From Lama guanicoe (lineage: Eukaryota): a DNA stretch of 64,000 nucleotides. Under the pieces are notes generated by a model that was given only the letters and a program-made list of their open reading frames with translations, ran no database searches and was not told where the DNA came from. Position numbers and translations under genes: made by a program. Positions 38,996-51,541 of this stretch are shown here, piece after piece (position 1 is the first letter of the stretch; every line of letters begins with the position of its first letter). The stretch lies in assembly GCA_013239625.1 (NCBI GenBank), contig MU054575.1:2973619-3037618 (forward strand), read 5' to 3'.

Positions 38996-39338
38996 GTACT
39001 TGGTTCTCTGTATCCCCACATTTCCTATCTGGAGTCAACCAACCGTAGGTCGAAAGTTTTTAGGAAAAAAAATTCCAGAGAGTTCCAAAAAGCAAAGCAA
39101 AACATGCTGTGCTAGCAGCCACTTACATAGAATTCACATTGTACGTGCAGCTGTTTACACAGCTTTACAGAGTGTGAGGTGCTGCACGGCATCTAGAGCT
39201 GGGTTGCAGTGCACGGGAGGGTGTGTGCGCGCTGTGTGCGAACATACACCGTTTTATGGGAGGGACTTGAGCATCCTTGGATTGTGGTGCCCTCGGGGGT
39301 CCTGGAACCAGCCCCCTGCACGTGCTGAGGGACAGCTG
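38996..39338. mobile_element. Tigger3/MER2-like DNA transposon remnant
   Basis: GGGACTTGAGCATCCTTGGATT...GGGGGTCCTGGAACCAGCCCCC terminal motif of the MER2/Tigger family. Confidence 0.7.
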
Positions 39339-39770
39339 ACAGCGCTCACAGTCCTTGGCGGTAAACGTAAAGTACACCAGAGAGAGTCGCGTCGGCTGTC
39401 CCAGAATCGGGTCAGCAGGGAGCCTCCCTCACCCTCCGCCGCCTCCACTGGCCTCCAGGTAGCCAGGTGAGGTGTCCCCGCCACACAGTGCGGGGGTCCC
39501 TGGGCAGGCGGGGGAGGCAAAGCTGGGGGCCGCAGTGAGGGGCCCCTGGCCTCCAGGCCCCCGGTGTTGCAGCTCCTGCTGGGGCCCCCGCAGTGAGCAG
39601 CCAGGCGGCCAGCCATCGCCGCAAAGCATTTGCGGCACGTGCGACGTGGCTGGGGGCCGGTGCGAGGCAGAGCCCTCGTGGAAAGAGCGGCGGGTGACGG
39701 TCTCGCTGCAGCCCGTTCACAGCGCCAGACCCCGTGTTCACGCCGTCACCGTGTTCCCTCTCTCTCGCAG

Positions 39771-39835
39771 TTACTGTGAACCCCCAGACCGTCCTCCGGA
39801 TAAACAGCGTTGAGGTCGCTGCACGTTTGTGTTGA
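39771..39835 (+). CDS. MRPL21: MRPL21 exon 7 (coding part, 65 nt): ITVNPQTVLRINSVEVAARLC*
   Basis: Acceptor ctcgcag|T; TGA 39833-39835. Confidence 0.96.
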
Positions 39836-39864
39836 CGCCCTGCTGACACTGACAGAAGTGTAAA

Positions 39865-39870
39865 AATAAA
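39865..39870 (+). terminator. MRPL21 polyadenylation signal AATAAA (very short 3'UTR, about 50 nt)
   Basis: AATAAA 30 nt after the stop codon. Confidence 0.85.
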
Positions 39871-40567
39871 CTCGTTTTCTGAGGAGACCGAGCTTCCGTG
39901 TTCTGCTGCAGGAAGGGCTGACGTAAAAAGCTCGGCCCTGTTACAGATGCAGTAGATTGAGCGCGCGGCCGTGAGCTCGTGGTTAGTGAGCAACAGCCTC
40001 CCTGATCCAGAGGAGCCGGGAATTGGGGCGGAATTACAGGCCTGGCCCTCCCAGGCCGGAGCCCGGGTGCTTGCATAAGAGCCAGGCCGCCCTCCAGCCC
40101 GCACCGCGGGCGGCAGGACCTCGGGGGCATGCTGCGGGGACGCAGCTGGGACCCGGGCGCTGATGCCGGGAGAGACGACCTAGATTCCACTTCCAGGAGA
40201 GATGGACAAACACATGGGCAAATTCCATGCCCAGTCATCCGGGGTACCTGTTTCTAGTGACTTGCTTTTCTAAGAAGCTGGGATTCAAACCAGGCATTCT
40301 GGGCGCAGAGCCTTTGGTTTGCTCCACCGGCTCCGGCAGGGACGGAGGGTCATGGTGCTGGCCGGGGGCTTTCTGATCGTGGGTGGCCAGGGTGGGGCCC
40401 TGGGGCCTGAGAGCCAGGGCAGCCTGGCACATTCTGGGAACTGAGTGTGAGAGTACGGGAGCAGAGACACACCAGAGGGGCGAGGGGAGTTTCGAACTTA
40501 ATCCTGAAAGCAGCCTCCTGTCCCAGAGGGGTTTGGGGTGGGTCAGGCAGGCAGCTAACACGTGTGA

Positions 40568-40705
40568 AGGTGGTGCATGCTTAGCACGCTCTAGGTCCTA
40601 GGCTCAATCCCCAGTACCTCCACTGAAAAAACTTTTTTTTGTTTAATAAACCTAATTACCTCCCCTTCCCCCCCCCAAAAAAATAAATAAATAAATAAAT
40701 TTTTA
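40568..40705 (+). mobile_element. 5'-truncated tRNA-Ala-derived SINE
   Basis: GCATGCTTAGCACG...CAATCCCCAGTACCTCCA + AAACCTAATTACC + (AAAT)n tail. Confidence 0.8.
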
Positions 40706-41419
40706 AAGAAGAGAGGGAGGGATCCTAGACCCAGACTGGCCAGGGGTGGCAGGCAAATGGAAGGACTTGGTGGGTGAGTGTGGGGAGGAGGGGGCTCCCA
40801 GGCGGCCCAGGCTCCCCGTTCTGTGTCCTTCACAGAGGCCGGGCCTTCCTCCAGGAGTAATTAGGGCTTTCAAGTGACACAATGAAACTTTTTATCAAAC
40901 CATAGTTAATACTTCCTTCTGCAAGATTCCTCCCAGAGTCCCATGAGGGGTGGTCCCTGTGATGTGTAAATGAGAACGGCAGATGGACCTGCACCAGGCG
41001 GCCTCCCCCTCTCCTGCAGTGCCCTCTGTGTACAGCAGGGGGCAGCAGTCCTCGACCAGGAGATCCTGGCTTCCGGCCTTGTTGGTTACTGGCTGCGAGG
41101 ACCCCGGGTGGGCCGGAGGGTGGTGGGCTGACCTCAGAGGGTGGAGTGCCCTCCCTGACGCTGCCACGCTGGGGATCTGTGATAACGGTCCACACACTGT
41201 AGCTTGTGCAGACCGCTCTATCTGAGAGTCCAGGCTCTGGATCCCAGGGCCTGACTCCCGGTTCTTTCGGCCAGCTTGGCATCTTCTCCTGTGGTCTTTT
41301 CCACATGCAGGTAGTAAAACATTCAAGACAGGAATCACCTTCCACATTCTTCAACTTATGCACATCCATATGCTTGAAATACAGCAGATTCTGAAATCGT
41401 CTGCTACAGGCAGGCAGTA

Positions 41420-41640
41420 CAGCTTAGTGACATGGGCAGGGGGTGGCTAGCTCTGGATCCAGACAGACCTGGGTATGAACCCCAGACCCACCCCCAGGAG
41501 ACCCATGTGATCTTGGCCAAGTTACCCAGTCCCTCCACCTCAACATCCTCACCCCTCAAGTGGGGCCAATACTAGTACCCACCCCCCTGGTCCACTGTGA
41601 GGACTCTGGACAACAGTGTGTGCTTGGCCCATAGTCACCA
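41420..41640 (+). mobile_element. MIR SINE
   Basis: CTCTGGATCCAGACAGACCTGGGTATGAACCCCAG...TGTGATCTTGGCCAAGTTAC core. Confidence 0.7.
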
Positions 41641-41749
41641 TCTGTGTTCCTACAAAGAGGCAAAGCCACTGCTCTGGGAATGGGTGGCATGTCTACAAAG
41701 CATTAACATCAGTGTTGAACTGGTGAAAGTTCACTCTTTTTCAGAACTG

Positions 41750-42215
41750 GACTGGGCATCATTCACAGTGGCCAAAAGGCAGAAATAACTCGTGTCCCTC
41801 CAGAGATGGGTGGACAAGTGTAGTCTGTGCATACAATGGAATACTACTCACCAATAAAAAGGAATGTCATTCCGACACCCGCTACAGCACCGATGACCTT
41901 GAGGACAGTGTGCTGAGTGAAAGAAGCCAGACACAGAAGGACGGATACCGTATGATTCTATTTATGTGAAGTCCCTGGAATAGGCAAGTTCATAGACACA
42001 GAGTAGATCAGAGGTTCCCAGGGGCTGGGGGAGGGAGGAAGAGAGAGTTATCGCCTACTAGGTGCAAGGTTTCTGTTTCAGGTCAGGAAAAAGCCCAGAA
42101 GTAGACAGTGTGATGGTTGCACATTATGAATATTGCTAATGCCACTGAATTGCCAGTTAAAAATGACTAGGTTGATAAACTGTATGTTATGTATATTTAC
42201 TACAATTTTTTTAAA
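41750..42215 (+). mobile_element. L1MB-type 3' end
   Basis: GCTGAGTGAAAGAAGCCAGACACAGAAGGAC...GAATAGGCAAGTTCATAGACACAGAG. Confidence 0.75.
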
Positions 42216-44339
42216 TAGAGAAAAGAAACTAGATTAATGAGTCACATCACTTGACTTGGGAAAAAAAGCAAAACTTGGATCCACGTGGCTGTCTCTGAGG
42301 AATGTTCCTTCCCAGCTGTTCCCAGTGGGTGACCTGGACACACTGCGGGTCACCTGGGGTTGGCAGGAGGCTCTGGCCACCCACCGCTCGCAGCCTCTCA
42401 TCCGCTGCCTGCTGGGCGTGCCCAGGCGGGGTTTCTGTTTCCTTTTTCATAGGAACACACTCTGCAGCTCGGTCAGCAGTGTGGGCTTCACCCAGGCCTC
42501 CAAGCACCCACCTGCCTCCCTGCGCCCCCCTCTGCCCCTGTGAATGCAGCCACCCACCCGGCTGGCACCACCTCAGCCTCACCTAGCTCCCCAGCTCAGG
42601 CGGCCCCTCCATCCCGCCGCCCAGCTGGCTCCGCTGGGCTGCAGGGCCCACCCTCTCAGAACCACAGACGACCCCCAAGGCTGCTGCTGCTTGTAAGGAG
42701 AGCCTGGAAGGGGACAGTGGGATGCAGGACAGCCCGAGGACAGGCACGAGGGCTTTGATCAGACTGTCAACTCCATTGCTAACCAGCATGCCTGGCTGTT
42801 ATTCGAGACGTGTCATTCGTTCAGATGGGCCACCAGGCTATCCCACCTTAGGGGGTCGGTCCCTCCCCCAGGACACTGTCTCTGCTCCCTGTCTTCTTCC
42901 TGGCGTCTGCACACATGTATCTATCTGTCCCTGGTTTCTCCCCTGCGCCCTCCCCCACTGGGCCGCCAGCTCCAGGAGGATGGATGTATCTGTTTATTCA
43001 CTAATGTGTACCCAGCATCCACTAACACACCTGGCACCTGGCACCTGGCCAGGATGCAGCTGCCTGCATGTCTCTGTCCAAATCGCTAATTCTGCACTGT
43101 TGCTGACCAGGGGCTGGTCCCCCGGAGGGCTGAAGTGGCTCCTTCCACGATGCGCAGACATCTGTGGGGTCCCAGGCCACGCTGGAGGGTAGGGCTGGGG
43201 GCGGGGACTAGGGCTGAGGGAGGAGGAGGGTGGGTGCAACCTGCTCGGCGGTGCCAGGCAAGGCTGCTAGGGGTTCTGTGGAAGAGATGGAGTCCCTGGC
43301 ATCTGGCGGGACCACAGTAGGAGAGCCTAGAAGCCCTGAAGCTGTGAACTGTTCTGCAGGGCAGGCTGGGCTGCTCTGGTCCCTGCAGGCGGGATGGCAG
43401 CTTCCTCCCACTGTCTCCAGCCCTGGGACCTCATCTGAGGCAGGCACAAACCCTCTGGGGCTGCTCCTCGGAGATAAGAGCCACACACCTGGAAGGCTGG
43501 GTGCCCTTTTACCCACTTTCTGGACAAACAACCCAGCAGGGACACACCCAGGTTGCCTAACCTCCCCTAAGATGGCCACCTGGTTCCTTCCCTTCCTCCC
43601 ACTGCGGCTGCCAGAGACACACCATCCCCCCTCGGAGCACGGCCGAGGCTTCCAGGCCCTGATGTGCAGAACAGGATGGCCAGATAGGGTCTTGCCCTAC
43701 TCCCGCCTCCTGATAAAAACTCAGGGCTTGCCGAGTCTTTATCGGGTTGTCCCGGGATGGTCTCAGAGGGACAAAGATCACTTCATCAAGGGATCGTTTT
43801 AAAGTATCATTACCTGGCATGGGGACTGCCTTGAGCTAGCAAAAGTCGGGAAAGAGGGGAGATGCAGCCCCTCTCTCGGGGAGACAGAGGAGCAGGGTGG
43901 TGCCCAGTGCTCCCGGGTCCCGGGGGCGGGAGCTCAGGGCTGGAGGCCGGGACACGGACGATGGCAGGGCGGCCGAGGTGCAGTAAACCAGCCGCCCTGC
44001 ACAGGGGAACGTTGCTTTCCACTGTTTTACACACGAAGAGACATTAGAAATCTTTATTTCTCAGTCACAAAAACCTGGTGCAGGTTGGGTTGACGCCTCT
44101 AGTTAGGACCCCAGAACCAGTGGGGTGCTGGAAGGTATTGTCTTCCCGGGGCGCCCAGGCAGAGGAGCCAGTGTGCACACAGGAGTTTTTAAAAAAGCCA
44201 CCCCCAGACCCCGGCCCCCCACGTTCTGACTCGCTGGGTCTGGGTGGCAGCCAGACCCGTCCCGGCGTTTGTTCTGCAGCCTGCTCCCGTGTGGGCGGCC
44301 AGGGCTGAGCCGTTCAGCTGCCGAGTCTTCCCAAACTTG

Positions 44340-44486
44340 TTTTTTGAGCGGGGGAGGTAATTAAGTGTATTTATTATAATTAGGTTTATTTATTTATTTA
44401 TTTACTTGATGGAGGGACTGGGGACTGAACCCAGGACCTCGTGCATGCTAAGCACACGCTCTACCACTGAGCTCTACCCTCCCTCC
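44340..44486 (-). mobile_element. tRNA-Ala-derived SINE (Vic-1-like)
   Basis: Reverse complement of the full head with (TTTA)n tail. Confidence 0.88.
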
Positions 44487-46119
44487 TCAAAGTCTCCTCT
44501 CTCAACCAAGGTCAAGGGAGGTCTTCTCAGGGCTGAAAGTTTGGACAAGTGAAGAACTGAGGGGATGTCAGAATCATTCAAAGCAGAGCCTCTGTCAGCC
44601 CGGCAGGGCTAAACCCCGCTGCTGCTACTTCCTCCCTCTGTGACCCCAGCAAGGTGGTACGTGCCTCAGTTTCCTTGTCTGCAAAGTGGGGGCATTAACT
44701 GTACCCACCTAGCTTTGCACTAGTGGGTGTGCAAGGGTAGACATCAGTGTCAGGGACATGTTGGTGACTAATTGTCACAGGCACTTCCTCGCCTTCCAGA
44801 AAATTCTCTTCTCACAGGCCAGTGCAATGCATACAGTTGGAAATGCATGAGTTGCCTGTCCCTTTAAGGGCCGACTCTATTCAATTGTCCAGCCCACACT
44901 TTGACATTGAAACTGGACTTTCATCTGGTAAGAAAAGTTTTCCTGGAGAAAACCTTCCATATCTCTGAAGGAATCTGAGAGAAGGCATTCTCCCAAAGGG
45001 CCAGCCTGAGGCCCGAGTTTGGAAGCCGGGTCTGACAGGCCCTCCTTCCACCCTCCAGCCCCACCCCCCCGTCCCACCTCCCTCTGCTGCCTATCTTCCT
45101 GTAGGAGGAATTCCCTCTACTAGGAATGTCCAAATTGAACTAAAATCCCCAGGATGCTGAGAAGAGCCTCCAGGGTGGGGCTGTTTCAGGAGGCAGGACT
45201 GAGGCCAGGACTTGGCACCCTCCGTGACCCCAGACAATGACCCCCCCTAAAGACCACCTGTTCTCCCTGCCCCCTCTCCAACCAGCACATTTTCAATGTC
45301 ACTGTATGAATGACTCTTGTCATTAAGAGAGTTTACTGAGCTCACATGGGGTTTTCTCGTGGGATCCCGTCACTGTCCCAAGACAGGTGATCTGGTTCAG
45401 CATCCCAGCTCTCGCGGGCAAACGATTTCCCCTTTCTGAGCCTCCTCAGCCAAATGGGGCCACAGCAGTATTCACTTCCTGGGGCATTCGGCACTGGCCA
45501 CTAGCCTCGGTATCCAGAGGGTGCAGAGACCTCTCCTCTGGCCACTCATGACACTTTGCCGCTTGGACGTACATCCCAGGTGGTCACCTGTGCAAACATC
45601 TCTCTCTCCTGGCCTCTGGGAGCCGCATCCCTGTTTTAAAAGGTAGGTTTTATTTATTTTTTTTTATTATTATTATTGAAGAATAGTCAGTTACAATGTG
45701 TCAATTTCTGGTGTACAGCACAATGTCCCACATATATATATAATATACATACATATTACTTTTCAGGTATAGCGAGGCCATCAGACTGGAGATACTGCCA
45801 CTGAAGATGGTTTGTTACTCACAGTTCCTGAGGGGAGGGGGACAGACCATGCCAGGGGGGACGCCACAGAGAAGCACGAGGGTCACTCAGGAAGCAGAGG
45901 GAGAGAGAAACCTGTGGGCAGAGCCTTTCCTGAGGCTTCCTAGGGAAGGAACAGGTGACACAAGACGGACAGTTTTGGGCTTGGCTAGTGTGGATCATCT
46001 CAGCGGGCCCTGGGGCATAGGTGCCGTACCCAGTTGTCTGGTGCCCGCCCTGGGATTATTAGGGCTCCAGGCATTCGTGCCAGGGCCCCAGAAATACAGA
46101 AAACAAAAAAGACAAGATT

Positions 46120-47854
46120 TCAATCTTAGCAATGTTCTCCTAGGGCAGTCTACCCAGGCAGTAGAAATAAAAGCAAACCTATAGAAAGGGAGAATATATT
46201 TGCAAGTGATGCAACTGACAAGAGCTTAATTTCCAGAATATACAAACAGCTCATACAACTTAATAGCAAAAAAGAAACCAAAAATCCAATCCAAAAATGG
46301 GCAGAACTAAACAAGCAATTCTCCAANNNNNNNNNNNNNNNNNNNNNNNNNNNNNNNNNNNNNNNNNNNNNNNNNNNNNNNNNNNNNNNNNNNNNNNNNN
46401 NNNNNNNNNNNNNNNNNNNNNNNNNNNNNNNNNNNNNNNNNNNNNNNNNNNNNNNNNNNAAAGATAAATGCTGGAGAGGATGTGGAGAGCAGGGAACCCT
46501 CCTACACTGCTGGTGGGAATGTAATTTGGTGCAGCCACTGTGGAGGACAGTATGTTAAGAAACTGAAAATATGAAGGAGGGTATAGCTCAATAGCACAGC
46601 GCATGCTTAGCGTGCAAGAGGTCCTGGGTTCAATCCCCAGTACCTCCATTAAAAATAAATAAGTAAATAGATAAATAAACCTAATCCCTCCCCAAGAAAA
46701 AAACCTAAAAATAGACTTACCATATGATCCAGCAATCCCGATCCTGAGCATATATCCAGAAGAAACTCTAATTTCAAAGGATACACACACCCCAACATTG
46801 ATAGCAGCACTATTTNNNNNNNNNNNNNNNNNNNNNNNNNNNNNNNNNNNNNNNNNNNNNNNNNNNNNNNNNNNNNNNNNNNNNNNNNNNNNNNNNNNNN
46901 NNNNNNNNNNNNNNNNNNNNNNNNNNNNNNNNNNNNNNNNNNNNNNNNNNNNNNNNNNNNNNNNNNNCATTCTAAGTGAAGTAAGCCAGAAAGACAAAGA
47001 AAAATACCATATGAGATTGCTCATATGTGGAATCTAAAAAAAAATGGAAGAAGAAAAGGGCAAATAAACAAATATAAAACAGAAACAGATTCACAGACAT
47101 AGAACACAAACTTGTGGTTGCCCGGGGGGTGGTTGGGAAGGGACAGCCTGGGAGTTCGAGATTTGTAGATTCTGACAGGTATATACAGAATAGATAAATA
47201 AGATTATACTGTGTAGCACAGGGAAATATATACGAGATCTTGCAGTAGCTCACAGTGAAAGAGAACGTGACAGTGAGTATATGTATAGTCACATATGACT
47301 GAGAAATTGTGCTCTACACCAGAAACTGACACAACATTGTAAACGGACTCTAATTCAATTAAAAAATGCAGGAATGAAAAAGGAAGTTGTGGTATACAAT
47401 AGAATACTACTCAGCTATAAAACAAGAAAAAATAATGCCATTTGCAGCAACATGGATGCACCAGAGATCATCAAAGTGAAGTAAGTCAGAAAGAGAGAGA
47501 AAAATACCATGTGATATCACTTATATGTGGGATCTAAAAGAAGACACAACTGAACTTCTTTACAAAACAGAAACAGACTCACAGACATAGAAAACAAATT
47601 CATGGCTACCAGGGGCAGGAAGCGGGTGGGAAGGGATAAGTTGGGAGTTTGAGATTTGCAGATACTACTATATAGAAAATAGGTGAACAAGTCTCTCTGT
47701 AGAGCACAGGGAACTATATTCAATATCTTGCAGTGACCCATAATGCAAAAGAATATGAAAAGGAATACATGTATGTACACGTATGACTGAAACGTGATGC
47801 TGTGCTCCAGAAATTGACACAACATTATAAACTGACTATACTTCGATTTAAAAA
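46120..47854 (+). mobile_element. Composite L1 insertion: L1 ORF2-end/3'UTR (about 46120-47365) followed by a second L1 3' end (about 47375-47854)
   Basis: Two L1 3'UTRs, each ending in an A-run; flanking repeat AAAAAAGACA(A/T)GATT at 46105-46119 and 47855-47869; two N gaps. Confidence 0.85.
46573..46700 (+). mobile_element. tRNA-Ala-derived SINE nested in L1
   Basis: Interrupts L1 ORF2 sequence; imperfect TSD AAACTGAAAATA / AACCTAAAAATA. Confidence 0.85.
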
Positions 47855-49059
47855 AAAAAAGACATGATTAAAGAGCAGTGGATTTAGAGTCTGGATCCCA
47901 GACTCCTGGCCCGTTGACAGGTGCTGGTTGTGTAACAGCACGGAAGCTTCCTGAGCCTCTATTCCCTCAGACCCTGAACAGAAACAGCTCCCTGGATTCC
48001 TTGTGCTAACTGAGCGCAGTCCCATGCATTATAAGGCACAGCAAATGTTAGAGCCCGTCCAAGGCCTTTCTCCTGCAGGACCACCTTCCACCACCCAAAC
48101 AGCTCGCCCTTCAGACCAGCGCCGGGGGGCCTGTGCTGGGGACGCTGCCGTCCACTGGGCCACTGGCTGGCCTAGTAACAGACAACGTAGTTATGAGGGC
48201 GCTTCCCCGGGAGCAGAAGCAGGGAGCTGGGCAGAGAATGACCAGAGGGACCTCCCGGATGGAGGGCCAGGTGGCCTCAGTGCAGAAAGGTCACTGAGGT
48301 GATGTTGCTCAGGAAATAAAAGGCTCGAAGTTCCCCAAGCTTCCAGGTGGGAAAAAGTTCAGATGTTCTGGGAACTGTCTGTCTGGTGAGGAGAGGAAGA
48401 GAGTGACAAGAAGTGGCCAAAGAGCTGGCCATCCTGAGGACTGGACTTCACAGAATAAAATCTCTTCGTGGGAAGAGCAAATATGGGATTTTAGGCAAAT
48501 GCATTGTGACGTGTTTTGTGCTGACTTCTCTGTTTGGGGAGCATCTGAATACAATTCTGAGCCTCGTGTAAAGCAAAATGCAGCTTGGGACCTGCCTCCC
48601 AGGGGAGAGCCCAGTGAGGTGTCCGGTTCCTGGAGAAGCCCAGGCCGTGGTACCCAAAGGATCCTCAACGAACACCGGTTGGTAATCCAGGCCTGAGTGT
48701 GTTTAGACCGGAATTGAAGAGCACCTGGCCTCTCGGTTCACAATTTGGAACGGAGAGGCTTGGCCAGGTGCGCTGGCTTCTTTTCTGAGTCCTCCGAACT
48801 CCTGCTCACAGCTGCCCCTGTGAGAAGCCCCAGAGGTTTACCCGGCTGTCAGACTGCAGGTAGATCTCCCTAGGTCGGGAGGCATCAGAGCCCAGGCATC
48901 TCATGGTCACCCAGGAGCCAAGTCCAAGGCTAAATTCCGACCTCAAGCAGCCTGGGAGCAGCGAGACACACCCCAGCCCCTCCCTGGGACCAAGCATGTG
49001 TGTCTCACCAGCGCTGACACGGAGAAGGGACAGCTGGGCTAAGAGGATAACTGGTGATC

Positions 49060-49443
49060 AGTTACGGACTGAACTATTCCCTCCCAAAATTTGTGTTGAA
49101 ATCCTAACTTCAGGATGTGGTTTATTTGGCATTAGAGCTATTTGCAGATGTAATTAGTCAGGTTGAGGTCACCCTGGGGGACAATGGCCCCTAATCCAAA
49201 ATGACTGGTGTCTTTATGAAAAGGGGGAACTGGACACAGAGGGACCCCCAGGGAGAAGGCCACGTGAAGACTGGAGTGATAAGCCACAAAAGGACCTACC
49301 AGAAGCCAGGAGAGAGGCCCAGGACAGACCCTTCCTCCTTGACCTTGGACTTCCAGGCTCCAGGACTGTGAGACAATACATTTCTGTAGTTTAAGCCCCC
49401 AACCCGTGGTTCCTTATGACAGTGGCCCCAGGACACTAAGACA
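49060..49443 (+). mobile_element. MLT1B/C-type MaLR LTR
   Basis: TTTGCAGATGTAATTAG, CCTAATCCAAAATGACTGGTGTC, GGACTTCCAGGCTCCAGGACTGTGAGACAATACATTTCTG. Confidence 0.8.
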
Positions 49444-49879
49444 GTGGAGAAGACCTCGAAGTGGAATGAACACCAAGGCACGTGCTTGAATCAGCCCTAA
49501 ACTCTGACTCCTACAGTCAGGGAGGCCTCCTGTCCCCAGGTGTGGCTCTGCACAGGTCAAGCCCATGGACTTGATCCAGGTGTGATTTGTCTTCCTTCGA
49601 GGGCAAGCCAGATTCCTAGAGGATTCCTTGCCCTGACAGCCTGCACCCTTCCAAGGACTACCTGCCAAGCTGGCACCCTTCACCTTAACACACCTTAACA
49701 CGGCCCTGACTTGGGCGCTGGTGTCCAGACCGAACTTCAGCTAAGAGCAAACAGGAATTACAGCAATGGGCTCCAGTCCCAGCCACCTTTTCTGACTTCT
49801 AACCCCGTCCCCACAGAGCCCCCGGCACCACGCAGAGCCACAGGCCCTGGGAGCTCTGCTTACACAACCCACCAAATGT

Positions 49880-50420
49880 GTGTGTGAGTTCCAAGACCCC
49901 CAGGGGATGCCCGAAACCACGGGTCGTGCCTAACCCCATAGACACTACAGTTTGTCCTCTACATACGACACGCAGGATAAAGTTCAACTTATAAACAGGC
50001 ACAGTAAGAGATGAACAACAAGAGCTAATAATAAAATAGAACAAGGATAACATTATACCGTAATAAAGGTTATAGGAATGTGGTCTCTCTAAAAATATCT
50101 TACTGCACAAATTTAATGCCTTTCCCATCTTAACGAAGCACTTAGCACGCACCGTGGCTGTAACTTGTGTAGTTTGAGGAGTGACTGCAAAACTAGCACA
50201 AATTCCTTTTTCCTTCCTCAGAATTTCACAGATAGAAGAACCATTTTCACTACAGATCTCGGCAACCACATTTTTCTCTCTTTCTGTATGAAATTGAGAA
50301 CTTTCACCTTTTCACTTAAAGGAAGCACTTTCTGGCTTCTCTTTGGCATATTTGAATTGCCAGCATTACTACTCCTGAGCTTTGGAGCCATTATTAAGGT
50401 AAGGGTGACCTGAACACAGG
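49880..50420 (-). mobile_element. MER44/Tigger7-like DNA transposon remnant
   Basis: ORF 49799..50269 begins with a degenerate Tigger HTH (ENGSSICEILRKEKGICASFAVTPQTTQVTATVRAKCFVKMGKALNL); MER44-like terminus TTCCAAGACCCCCAGGGGATGCCCGAAACC. Confidence 0.75.
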
Positions 50421-50864
50421 CGGGTGAGTGACCCCTGTGGTCACGCTAGGCCGGCAGCTCTGTGCTCCCCCAGCCCAGGTCGGGGAACTGGGTATCACCT
50501 TGTTTCATTTCGGGGCACTGGGTCCGGCTGAGTGCAGGACCCAGAAGCTATGATGGTGTCGTCCTTGTCTGCAAGGAGGTCCACGTCCCCGGGGGGTTAA
50601 ACAAAAAGACTCAGAGATGCTGAGTGTGTCCGCAGCCCTGGCCTTGTCTGGGGTGTTGGACAGGCACAGAGGCAGGGAGACTGGCTTTCACAGTGACCCA
50701 GGCATCCGCTGACCACTGTGGTGGTGAAAGAAACAGCTCCAGGAGGAAGAATCCAACTGATGCTGTGAAGGGGAAAATGGCAGAACTCCTGACCATTTGG
50801 CTCAAGGAAATGCGGGAGGGGGTGGGGGAGAGGGAGGCGGCTGTGCAAGGTTCTGGTCCCATGT

Positions 50865-50995
50865 CAGGAAGGTAGAGCTCAGTGGTAGAGGATGTGCTTA
50901 GCATGCACAAGGTCCTGGGTTCAATCCCCAGTACGACCATTTAATATACATATACATATATATACGCACAAAGAATAAAGAAAAATTAAATAAAT
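50865..50995 (+). mobile_element. tRNA-Ala-derived SINE
   Basis: AGCTCAGTGGTAGAG...TTAGCATGCAC...GGTTCAATCCCCAGTAC. Confidence 0.85.
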
Positions 50996-51014
50996 AGCAC
51001 AAATTGATTAAAAG

Positions 51015-51060
51015 AGGAAAGAAGGAAGGAAGGAAGGAAGGCAGGCAGGAAGGAAGGAGG
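51015..51060. repeat. (GGAA/GGCA)n simple repeat
   Basis: Direct reading. Confidence 0.85.
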
Positions 51061-51372
51061 TAACTCTGGGTTTCATTACCCAGTCCCCAGCACTGGCCTT
51101 ATGTCCCCACATCTGATATTCCCATTTCACTGGGGGAAAAATGCAGAAAAGTATGTTTGTCAAATTGTGCAAGTACCTCTGGAAGATGACACACGAATAT
51201 GGCAAGAGTGTCTTTCTCCAGTGTCAGGAGCTGGGAGATCGAGGACAGGGAGGGAGGCAGGCATACTTTTTACTTTCTGCCTTTTTGTACCTTTGGAATT
51301 TTTGCCAGGGGCAAGTATTACCTGAGCAAGAGAATTAATTAAATTCACAAAGAACAGCCATCTTAACATTCT

Positions 51373-51541
51373 TTTTTTTTTTAATTGAAGTATAGTCAGT
51401 TTACAACGTTGCATCAAATTCTGGTAGACAGCGTGTTTCAGCCATCCATATACATCCTTTTCCTATTTTTTCATTATAGGTCACTACAAGATATCAAATA
51501 TAGTTCCCTGTGCTGTACAGTAGGACCTTGTTGTTTATCAG
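51373..51541 (-). mobile_element. L1 3'-end fragment
   Basis: Poly-T + L1 3'UTR reverse complement; exact 11-bp TSD CTTAACATTCT at 51362-51372 and 51542-51552. Confidence 0.88.

Noticed and set aside
46260-47037. Long ORFs containing X runs (also 13941, 55320, 59137-59571)
   Set aside because: Artefacts of translating through N gaps.
49799-50269. Transposase-like ORF
   Set aside because: Only about 50 degenerate residues of a Tigger HTH within a MER44-like remnant; no catalytic domain.
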